From: a virus | Reading direction: 5' to 3' (one strand) | Virus record (IMG/VR): IMGVR_UViG_3300023110_001943 | Coordinates: 64,001 to 128,000 of that record | Length of the DNA: 64,000 bases | Part shown: positions 8,909 to 17,414 of the stretch, one piece after another | Layout of the letters: every line of letters starts with the position of its first letter | Position numbering within the stretch: position 1 is the stretch's first letter | Program-made: the position numbers and the translations under genes | The notes under the pieces: model-generated | What the model was told of the DNA's origin: nothing | The model's database searches: none | The model's input: the letters and a program-made list of their open reading frames with translations, nothing else

Positions 8909-8935
8909 AAAACCTCACTTCGGTGAGGTTTTTTT
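8909..8935 (+). terminator. Intrinsic terminator with cUUCGg tetraloop
   Basis: AAAACCTCAC-TTCG-GTGAGGTTTTTTT. Confidence 0.9.
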
Positions 8936-8941
8936 ATTCAG

Positions 8942-8951
8942 TATATTTATA
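8942..8951 (+). promoter_or_regulatory. Putative late promoter TATATTTATA
   Basis: Immediately after a terminator and 22 nt before the first gene of the baseplate operon. Confidence 0.65.
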
Positions 8952-8973
8952 TACAACATAATGTATAAAAATC

Positions 8974-9384
8974 ATGAGTACAGATTTTGAATTATTTCCA
9001 GGAAAGAATCTAAGTGGATTGTTCAAGGATATCTACGATAACCAACAAAACAAGAAACAAAGAATCTCAGAACTGATTGCTGAAATGAAAAAGGTAATCA
9101 GACATGCAGGTGATATGGCTGTTATTGGTCCTATTATCAAAGACCTTGTTGATACATCAGTAAAGAACGATGATGCACTAATCAAGATGGCTGCAATTGC
9201 CCAACGAATCATTGGTGCACAACACAAAGCAGAAGGAGATAGTGGATTCCTTTCTGATGAAGAAAAAGAACAACTTCTAAAACAATTAGATGAAACCATC
9301 GCAGAAGTGGCCGATGAGCAAGATTTAAAGGTTGATGAACTTACAAACGAAATAGAAGAACTTAAACAAAAGGTAAATAAATAA
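8974..9384 (+). CDS. Helical hypothetical protein heading the baseplate operon
   Basis: 136-aa coiled-coil-rich ORF coupled (TAATG) to the spike gene. Confidence 0.7.
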   Translation: MSTDFELFPGKNLSGLFKDIYDNQQNKKQRISELIAEMKKVIRHAGDMAVIGPIIKDLVDTSVKNDDALIKMAAIAQRIIGAQHKAEGDSGFLSDEEKEQLLKQLDETIAEVADEQDLKVDELTNEIEELKQKVNK

Positions 9385-10631
9385 TGGCAAATCGTTTAGT
9401 ACAATCACTTAGTTCAAGTAATACAAATAAAAGTATTAGACCAACTCAACTACCAACTGGTCTTGTAGTTGATGTTATTCTTGATGAAACTCACGAAAGA
9501 TTGGTAAAATACGAAGAAGCATTTAAAGAGCTATTTACAGATGGAAAAGATGCTGGTTTTAAAGTTGGTGCAGTAGTTGTTCAACCATATGATGATAGAA
9601 TTTCAGAACCCGAAAATTTACCAATTTATTTACCAGAAGGTAGTGGCTTAGATTTTGAACTTCCACTTATAGGAGAAGAAGTAATTTTAACAACGATAGG
9701 TGGAAAAAAATATTACAAAAGATTTCCAGCAAGAACTTTAAATGTGGGTGATGCAAGACCAGAACAAATTGCTGGTTTATATCCTGAACAAAACAAAGAA
9801 GAAAAAAATCAATCATACTCAAGTGTTTCCCAAACCGGAACTCCTACTTCCAATGTAAGTAATAGTGAAGAGTATAAGGTTGGAAAATATTTTGAAGAAA
9901 CTCCTATTAATAAACTAAAACTTTATGAGGGAGATAGATTAATACAATCAAGATTTGGACAATCAATACGATTTAGTGGATATAATAATGAAGATAAAGA
10001 ATTTTCACCAACAATAATTTTTAGAAATAAACAAGCAGAACCTGAAACAGAAATAAAAGAAGGTGATTTAATTGAAGAAGATATTGTTAATGATGGTTCT
10101 ACTATTGTACTATCAAGTAACAAATATAAATTACCATTTGTACCAGGTAACAGAGATGTAAAAGTTGAAACAGCAGAATCTGCAGAATATTATGAAGCAC
10201 CAGAAGAGTTAGACGGTAATCAAATTTTAATAAATAGTGATAGGATTATCTTATCTTCAAAAACTCAAGAAATGATTTTCTTTTCCAAAGGAAATATTTC
10301 GTTTATATCGGATGGTAAATTTACACTTGATAATGGCCAAGATGGTGCTTCCATTGATTTGAATGGTGAGTATAGAACTACAACTAATGATAACGATATG
10401 TACTTTTTAGGTGGGAGTGGGGATATATATCTTAATACTGAAAGTCAAGATGAACCACTTGCAAGAGGTCAAACTCTAATTGATATATTAAGTGAAATAC
10501 TTGATGAGTTACAAAAAGAAATTCATCCTACTCCAGCTGGTCCATCATCTCCTCCAACAAATGCATCGGCGTATGCGAAGATACAAAGTAAATTAGATAC
10601 AATATTATCTACACAAAATTTTACAGAATAA
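9384..10631 (+). CDS. Baseplate hub/central spike protein (gp5/gpV-like)
   Basis: OB-fold-like LPLIGEEV, EGD.LIQSRFGQSIRF, beta-rich repeats and a C-terminal HPTPAGPS tip motif. Confidence 0.7.
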   Translation: MANRLVQSLSSSNTNKSIRPTQLPTGLVVDVILDETHERLVKYEEAFKELFTDGKDAGFKVGAVVVQPYDDRISEPENLPIYLPEGSGLDFELPLIGEEVILTTIGGKKYYKRFPARTLNVGDARPEQIAGLYPEQNKEEKNQSYSSVSQTGTPTSNVSNSEEYKVGKYFEETPINKLKLYEGDRLIQSRFGQSIRFSGYNNEDKEFSPTIIFRNKQAEPETEIKEGDLIEEDIVNDGSTIVLSSNKYKLPFVPGNRDVKVETAESAEYYEAPEELDGNQILINSDRIILSSKTQEMIFFSKGNISFISDGKFTLDNGQDGASIDLNGEYRTTTNDNDMYFLGGSGDIYLNTESQDEPLARGQTLIDILSEILDELQKEIHPTPAGPSSPPTNASAYAKIQSKLDTILSTQNFTE

Positions 10632-10634
10632 AAA

Positions 10635-12035
10635 ATGTCTTTCGCTATATTCAAACAAAATATGTTGAGTTATATGGGAAATCAACCAGGTATAAATTCC
10701 TATAATGATTTCGCAAAAAAACTTACTGATGAATATGATATGGCGGTTCGTAGAGGATACCAAACAATAAATCAAATACCTATTGCTAAAGATAACAAAC
10801 CACTAATGCAAACGTTGGTTACTTTAGCTTGTAGTACTGCATTAAGTAAACGAGAGGGACAACATACTTTTATAGATGATATTGGAAAAGGAGTTGTTGG
10901 TTATTGGACAGGAGCAACTTTAATGACGGGAATTCCTCCAATCATACCAGCTACAGGAGCTATACAAAACGTAACTACGGTATCCGCATTTGTAACTACA
11001 CCTGGTCAGTTTCCAACTGTTGGTCCTTTAACTACTACAATGGATTCGGGTGTATTTTTGGACAAGTTAATTAATGCAATGCAAATTCATCTTACATCAA
11101 TCGAAGGTTTGTATATAACAATATCTTTATATCCTGGATTTCCTCTTGTACCACCAGCACCTGGTATTAGAAGTTGGACTGGGTTTACAATACCTCCTGC
11201 AGGTCCAAGTGTTCCATTCGAACCACCACAGGCAGGTAATACACTACTTGGTGCTATTACAAAATTAGCATCTGCAATTCTTGAAGGATTGATAATGAGT
11301 GAGGCTGATAAACAAGAAGCTCAACGAGAGGCAGATGAGGCAGATGCTGTTGCAAACGATACATCCTTACCTCAAAATGGTAGAACATCTGCAAAAGAAT
11401 ATTCTAACTTAAAAAAATCTGAAATAAACACAGGAGAAAAAAATGCAGCAGCTGTTGAATTATCAGAAGAAGAATTGAAAGCTATTGAAGAAACCACACC
11501 ACCTGAATATAAATGTGAACAAGGTACTAAGATTGTTGCAATTGCAAAAAGAGATATTGGTATTTTAGAAACAGGTACACCTCCTGGTAAAAACTATGGC
11601 GGGTTTCCTGGTGGAGTTCAAAAAAATGAACGAGGTAGGATTGATGATATGTTTGATAATGTAGGATTGGATAATCAGGCTAAAGTTAAAAAAACAGGTA
11701 GTGGTTATTATTGGTGTGCTGCCGCTGTTGCAACTTGGTGGCAAGAAGCAGGTTTAGAAACACCAAGTGGTGGGGCAAGTTGTGATAATTGGATGAATTG
11801 GGGAAAACAAAACGGATATTGGAGTACCAAACCAAAAGTAGGTGCAGCTGTTTTATATGGTTCACCCTCCGATGCACATCATATTGGTATTGTTGCTGGT
11901 GTAACTGCAACTGGTGGTATTATTACAATCGAAGGAAATACAAGTGGTGGTGGATTTAATAGAAATGGATGTGGTGTATTTCAGAAAGTACCAAAAAAAT
12001 ATTTAGGATTTGTAAACCCACCTGATTGCTCATAA
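10635..12035 (+). CDS. Baseplate-associated protein with C-terminal CHAP/NlpC-P60 amidase
   Basis: YWCAAAV (catalytic Cys), HIGIV and TIEGNT. Confidence 0.8.
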   Translation: MSFAIFKQNMLSYMGNQPGINSYNDFAKKLTDEYDMAVRRGYQTINQIPIAKDNKPLMQTLVTLACSTALSKREGQHTFIDDIGKGVVGYWTGATLMTGIPPIIPATGAIQNVTTVSAFVTTPGQFPTVGPLTTTMDSGVFLDKLINAMQIHLTSIEGLYITISLYPGFPLVPPAPGIRSWTGFTIPPAGPSVPFEPPQAGNTLLGAITKLASAILEGLIMSEADKQEAQREADEADAVANDTSLPQNGRTSAKEYSNLKKSEINTGEKNAAAVELSEEELKAIEETTPPEYKCEQGTKIVAIAKRDIGILETGTPPGKNYGGFPGGVQKNERGRIDDMFDNVGLDNQAKVKKTGSGYYWCAAAVATWWQEAGLETPSGGASCDNWMNWGKQNGYWSTKPKVGAAVLYGSPSDAHHIGIVAGVTATGGIITIEGNTSGGGFNRNGCGVFQKVPKKYLGFVNPPDCS

Positions 12036-12053
12036 CCATAAACTCATAAAGAA

Positions 12054-12063
12054 TATATTTATA
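12054..12063 (+). promoter_or_regulatory. Putative late promoter TATATTTATA
   Basis: Intergenic, 25 nt before the ATG at 12089. Confidence 0.65.
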
Positions 12064-12088
12064 TTAAGATAAAAGAAAACAATTTATA

Positions 12089-12670
12089 ATGGATACTAAG
12101 AAATTAGCAAAATTAATTAAAGTAATTGTAGAAGCTGAAGTGGCTAAAAATCACGAAAGATTTCTTACTAAAACCTTTCCTAAGATTTTAGAAGAAGAAG
12201 TATCTCGTAGAATGAAAGTTCTATCGGAGGAGAGGGGAGGTGTTGCTGCTTCCTCCACGCAAATCGTGGAAGAGGAAGTAGACCCATTTCAAATGGCAGA
12301 ACAAGCACTACAAGAAGAAAGACAACAACCTAAAAAACAGTTTACAAAAAATGCTGTTTTAAATGAGGTACTAAATAATACAAAACCATTTTCAGCAGAA
12401 CAAAGAAAAGGTGGAGTTGAACAAAAATCTGTATTAGATAAATTTCAACAACCTGTAAATGAAAGTATGGATAAAACAGTTTCATTTACTCAAACAACTG
12501 CAGGAGGTGGTCTTGAAAGCATGAGAGCTCAAATGGCATCTCAAATGGGTTATGGTGATATAAAAAGGGGACCAAGTAAAACAGGTCTTGGAGTTCAAAC
12601 AGGATTGCCTGGATTAGATAGAATTTTAAACAGAGATAATTCAGAACTTGTTAAAAAATTTAAGAGATAG
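12089..12670 (+). CDS. Hypothetical late (virion-associated?) protein
   Basis: 193 aa; late motif upstream; lies between CHAP and gp25-like genes. Confidence 0.65.
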   Translation: MDTKKLAKLIKVIVEAEVAKNHERFLTKTFPKILEEEVSRRMKVLSEERGGVAASSTQIVEEEVDPFQMAEQALQEERQQPKKQFTKNAVLNEVLNNTKPFSAEQRKGGVEQKSVLDKFQQPVNESMDKTVSFTQTTAGGGLESMRAQMASQMGYGDIKRGPSKTGLGVQTGLPGLDRILNRDNSELVKKFKR

Positions 12671-12679
12671 GAATAACTG

Positions 12680-13111
12680 ATGGCTTATGTTCTTGATAGA
12701 AAAGTTGTAAAAGATACCAAAGAATTTAATGACTTTGCGTATGGTATAACCTTGCCTTTAAAAAGAGGTAATACGGGTTTCTTTGAACAATCTTTTTCTT
12801 CATTTGAACAGGCTAAGACAAATTTAAAAAATCTTTTGTTAACTAAACAAGGTGAAAGAGTAATGCAACCAAACTTTGGTACTGGATTACATTCTCTTTT
12901 GTTTGAACAAATGACAGATGATTTTGAAAATAAGTTAACAGAAACCATAACTAAGAGTGTTGGTTATTGGTTACCATATATAAACATAGAAGAAGTTGAT
13001 ATTAAAATGACTGATGAAATGAAAGATATGCACAGAGCAGATATGAACATTAAGTTTACAGTTGGTAACCAAATAGAAACACAAGAGATAACATTTAGAA
13101 TTCAGGAGTAA
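12680..13111 (+). CDS. Baseplate wedge protein gp25-like
   Basis: NLKNLLLTKQGERVMQPNFGTGL...LFE is the GPW/gp25 signature. Confidence 0.92.
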   Translation: MAYVLDRKVVKDTKEFNDFAYGITLPLKRGNTGFFEQSFSSFEQAKTNLKNLLLTKQGERVMQPNFGTGLHSLLFEQMTDDFENKLTETITKSVGYWLPYINIEEVDIKMTDEMKDMHRADMNIKFTVGNQIETQEITFRIQE

Positions 13112-13117
13112 TAAAGG

Positions 13118-15136
13118 ATGGCTTTAAATAGTGTAACAAAAAGAAGTAATCAAGGGAGAGATATAAAATATCTTAATAAAGATTTTGCTAAATTCAGACA
13201 AAATCTAATTGATTACGCAAAAGCATATTTCCCAAAAACTTATTCTGATTTTAATGAATCATCACCAGGTATGATGTTTATTGAAATGGCATCATATGTG
13301 GGTGATATACTTTCATACTACACAGATGATACTTTAAAAGAATCATTGATGTTGTATGCAGAAGATAAGGAAAATGTTATTGCATTGGCCTCTTATTTAG
13401 GATACAAACCAAAAGTAACTTCACCTGCTATTGTTAAACTATCTGTTTACCAATTAGTACCAGCTACTGGTAGTGGTAGTACAATACGACCAGATTATGA
13501 TTATTCATTAAGAATTAAAGAAGGTATGGTATGTGAATCAAATGGTGGAATTATTTTTAGAACAACCGAACTTTTAGATTTCAATGATGAAACAGATAGA
13601 GAAGTTGTTGTATATCAAAGAGATTCAAACACAAACGAACCAACACAATATCTAATAAAAAAATATGTAAATGCAATTTCAGCTGAATTAAAAACAACAT
13701 CTGTTCAGTTTGGTACTGCTCAACAATTTTCACAAATAAGATTAGCAGATACAAATATTATTGATATCTATGATGTAAGAGATTCAAATGGAAACAAATG
13801 GTATCAAGTTCCTTATCTTGCACAAGAAATGGTTTATGTGGATTATCCAACTTCAGAACAAACAGATAAAGATTTAGCACAATTTAAAGATTCTGTATCA
13901 AGTGTTTTAAAACTTATAAAAACATCAAGAAGATTTACTACAAAGGTAAATGAAGATAATACAACTTCAATAATATTTGGAGGAGGTAACTCAACATCAT
14001 CAGATGAAACATTAATACCAAACTTTAAAAATGTTGGATTAGGATTAAATTCATCCATAGATAGATTGGGTGCATCATTTGACCCTTCTAATTTCTTAAA
14101 AACTAAAACATATGGACAGGCTCCTGCAAATACAACATTGACTGTTTCTTACTTAGTAGGTGGTGGAGTTGAATCCAATGTTGCTTCAAAAGAAATAACA
14201 AGAATTAATTCTATTTCGTTTGATGAAGATACGAGTGTATTTGGTTCGGCAGAATTAGCACTTTATAACAGAATGAAAGCTTCTGTTGCAATAGAAAACG
14301 AATTACCAGGTAGAGGAGGTAGAGGTGCAGAATCTATCGAAGAGATTAGAGAAAATTCATTAGCAAACTTTGGTTCACAAAACAGAGCGGTAACAAGAAA
14401 AGATTATCAAGTAAGAGCGTTATCGTTACCTCCAAAGTATGGTGGTGTTGCAAAAGCATATTGTGCACCAGATGGAGAGTTAGATAATAATTCACCTTCA
14501 TCTATTTTAAATAATCCTGATTCATTAGAAGAATTTGCAGGATTAGTTCAATCATTAGGAAAACAAAACCTAACAGAACAACAAACAAAAGATGAATTGA
14601 GAAAATTCTTAAGTGGAAAGAAAAATAACATAAACGAAAAGAATAATCCATTTGCAATTAACTTATATGTACTTGGATATGATTCAAGTAAATATCTAAC
14701 ATCATTAAATAAGGCTATTAAAGAAAATCTAAAAACTTATTTAGGAGAATATAGAATGTTAACTGATGGTGTTAATGTTATTGATGGGTTTATCATAAAC
14801 ATAGGTGTAGATTTTGAAATCAGAGTTTATGGTGGATATAATAAAAGAGAAGTTCTTACACGATGTATAAATGAATTGAAAGATTACTTTAACATCGATA
14901 ATTGGACATTTAATATGGCAATCAACATTTCTGAAATAGAATTACTGATTGCAGGAGTAGAGGGAGTACAATCAGTACCTAAGTGTGAAATTACTAACAA
15001 GTGTTTAGGAAACTATTCATCGCATTCATATAATATACAAGATGCAACTAAAGGTAAAATGGTTTATCCATCTTTAGACCCATCTATATTTGAAGTGAAG
15101 TTTCCTAACAAAGATATTAAAGGGAGGGTTGTATAA
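13118..15136 (+). CDS. Baseplate wedge protein gp6/baseplate-J-like
   Basis: YLNKDF, DFNESSPGMMFIE, ESIEEIR...QNRAVTRKDY. Confidence 0.9.
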   Translation: MALNSVTKRSNQGRDIKYLNKDFAKFRQNLIDYAKAYFPKTYSDFNESSPGMMFIEMASYVGDILSYYTDDTLKESLMLYAEDKENVIALASYLGYKPKVTSPAIVKLSVYQLVPATGSGSTIRPDYDYSLRIKEGMVCESNGGIIFRTTELLDFNDETDREVVVYQRDSNTNEPTQYLIKKYVNAISAELKTTSVQFGTAQQFSQIRLADTNIIDIYDVRDSNGNKWYQVPYLAQEMVYVDYPTSEQTDKDLAQFKDSVSSVLKLIKTSRRFTTKVNEDNTTSIIFGGGNSTSSDETLIPNFKNVGLGLNSSIDRLGASFDPSNFLKTKTYGQAPANTTLTVSYLVGGGVESNVASKEITRINSISFDEDTSVFGSAELALYNRMKASVAIENELPGRGGRGAESIEEIRENSLANFGSQNRAVTRKDYQVRALSLPPKYGGVAKAYCAPDGELDNNSPSSILNNPDSLEEFAGLVQSLGKQNLTEQQTKDELRKFLSGKKNNINEKNNPFAINLYVLGYDSSKYLTSLNKAIKENLKTYLGEYRMLTDGVNVIDGFIINIGVDFEIRVYGGYNKREVLTRCINELKDYFNIDNWTFNMAINISEIELLIAGVEGVQSVPKCEITNKCLGNYSSHSYNIQDATKGKMVYPSLDPSIFEVKFPNKDIKGRVV

Positions 15137-16200
15137 TGTATTATTTTGTAACGGCATCAAAAGATGCAACGATTTACTTACAACAACCAACACAAAACAC
15201 AGGGTTGGATGAGATATTAGAAGTTTCTAAAACTTATTATGGAAACTTAAAAGATATTGCTCACACACTAATCAAGTTTGATACAACATCACTTTCTCAA
15301 TCAATAGTAAGTGGAGATGTAACTATGAGTTCGGCTGAACTTATTCTAAGAGAAGCTGATTCATCTGATGAAATACCAACAGATTACACAATATATGCAT
15401 ATGCGGTAACCCAATCATGGGATATGGGAATCGGTACAAGATTTGATGAAATCAGTACAGATGGTGTTTCTTGGGATAAAGTTAGAACAGGTGTTAATTG
15501 GATGACACAAGATTCACATTCAGCAGATACTACTGGCTCATTTAATGGTAAAGGTGGAACTTGGTTTACTGGTTCATATTCAACTCAATCATTTTCATAC
15601 GAAACAACTGATATTGAAATGGATGTTATTGATACAATGACTTCGTGGATTAGTGGTTCTATACCAAACGAAGGATTTATTTTAAAATATTCATCTTCAT
15701 TAGAAAATGATACAAATGATTACGGTCAATTAAAATTCTTTTCAAAAGAAACAAATACTATTTACCAACCTAAATTAAGAATTGGTTGGGATGATTCTTC
15801 GTTCTCTACTGGCTCTTTAACAGAACTTACCGCTGATGATATTCATGTAACATTCAAAAGATTAAAGACCAGATATAAGCGTGGAAGTAAACCTGAAATC
15901 AGAGTTTTCGGTAGAGAGAAATATCCTCTCAAAACATACACCAACACATATTCTTACACAGATGTAAAATATTTACCATCTACTACTTATTACCAAATAA
16001 AAGATGTAATCACAGAAGAGATAATTATACCATTCTCAGATTACACAAAAGTTAGTTGTGATTCGAGTGGTAACTATTTTAAATTAAACTTAACAAGCTG
16101 GGAATACAATAGAGATTACTATATTGAAATTAAAGTAGATAGGGATGGTGTTATAGAATACTTTGTAGATAAGGATTTAACTTTTACAATAGAGAAATAA
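15136..16200 (+). CDS. Virion structural protein (DNRLRE-like beta-sandwich)
   Basis: KDATIY...NTGLDEILE, TLIKFD, NEGFILK, FFSKET...PKL. Confidence 0.65.
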   Translation: MYYFVTASKDATIYLQQPTQNTGLDEILEVSKTYYGNLKDIAHTLIKFDTTSLSQSIVSGDVTMSSAELILREADSSDEIPTDYTIYAYAVTQSWDMGIGTRFDEISTDGVSWDKVRTGVNWMTQDSHSADTTGSFNGKGGTWFTGSYSTQSFSYETTDIEMDVIDTMTSWISGSIPNEGFILKYSSSLENDTNDYGQLKFFSKETNTIYQPKLRIGWDDSSFSTGSLTELTADDIHVTFKRLKTRYKRGSKPEIRVFGREKYPLKTYTNTYSYTDVKYLPSTTYYQIKDVITEEIIIPFSDYTKVSCDSSGNYFKLNLTSWEYNRDYYIEIKVDRDGVIEYFVDKDLTFTIEK

Positions 16201-16201
16201 A

Positions 16202-17413
16202 ATGAGTTTACAAGATAGATTTAGAATAGATGAACTTGTTAAAAAAGGTTCAAAGGCAACGAAGATAGATACATCTAAAGGAATTGTTGTGCGTAAAGTT
16301 GATGGAAAGGAAGTAAAACCTGCTTCATTAAAAAAAGATAAACCATTTGGAACTGAACAAATTAGAGGAAAACAAATACAACCAAAATTAAAAACCGATT
16401 TATTAGAACCACAAGAACAAATACAGGAAGAACAAACATCATTTAGTGGTGAAACATCAGCTCCTTTAGAAAGACCGTATTACGATGAAGAGCAATTACA
16501 AAAGGCAATTGATATAAAAGTTGATGAGTTAATAAAAGAAAAAAAACCACCAAGAGGTAGGTATATTAAATATGAAAAATATGAAGATAAACTTACTGAA
16601 ATTGAAAGATTAATAAATAAAAATGGTGAGTTAACAGTTGAAAATGCCGATTTATCTTCTATAATATCAACACTTGAATCTGAAATATCAGATTTACAAA
16701 ACCAAGTAATTGCTGCTGAAACATTAACACGAACTGTTCAATCAGAATTTGATGCTTTAACTAAACGATATGAACAACTATTATCTGATTTCCAAAACTC
16801 GGTTTTAAAAGGAACTAAAGAAGGAATAGAAAGAGTATCGTTAACTGCACAAACACGAGGGTTGGGTGCACAAAAAGAAACACTAGCATCTCAATTAGAA
16901 TCTGAAAAAGAGATTGTTAAATCGTTACAAGCTGCAAATCAAACACTCCAACAAACAATTGAAACAAACCAGCAAATTGCTCAACAACAGATTCAGGCAG
17001 CAAACCAACAAGTTAAAGCAGCTCAAGCAACAGCATCAACCGCGGCAAACTCTAAGAAGAAAAAAATTATTTGTAATGAACTTTATCATCAAGGGTATTT
17101 ACCACAACACATTTGGGATGCGGATGAACGATGGGGTGATAAAAGATTCGTTACAGACCCTAAGTTGGTTATTGGATATCAAATGTGGGCAAGAAAAGTT
17201 GTGGAGTTTATGAGAAGAAAACCTCAATACACTCCAATTATATATTTCTTATGTAAACCATGGACAGAATGGATGGCATATGATTTAGGTGTATTACCAA
17301 AAAATAATTTAAGAGGACAGTTTACTCAATGGGTGGGTAGATATTTCTCTTATATGGTTTATGATTTATATGGTGGAGATAAACTTTACCAAAGATACTT
17401 AAACTCTAACTAA
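16202..17413 (+). CDS. Coiled-coil virion protein with C-terminal KKKKIICNELY domain
   Basis: Long heptad region followed by a Cys/Trp-rich ~120-aa domain. Confidence 0.65.
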   Translation: MSLQDRFRIDELVKKGSKATKIDTSKGIVVRKVDGKEVKPASLKKDKPFGTEQIRGKQIQPKLKTDLLEPQEQIQEEQTSFSGETSAPLERPYYDEEQLQKAIDIKVDELIKEKKPPRGRYIKYEKYEDKLTEIERLINKNGELTVENADLSSIISTLESEISDLQNQVIAAETLTRTVQSEFDALTKRYEQLLSDFQNSVLKGTKEGIERVSLTAQTRGLGAQKETLASQLESEKEIVKSLQAANQTLQQTIETNQQIAQQQIQAANQQVKAAQATASTAANSKKKKIICNELYHQGYLPQHIWDADERWGDKRFVTDPKLVIGYQMWARKVVEFMRRKPQYTPIIYFLCKPWTEWMAYDLGVLPKNNLRGQFTQWVGRYFSYMVYDLYGGDKLYQRYLNSN

Positions 17414-17414
17414 G

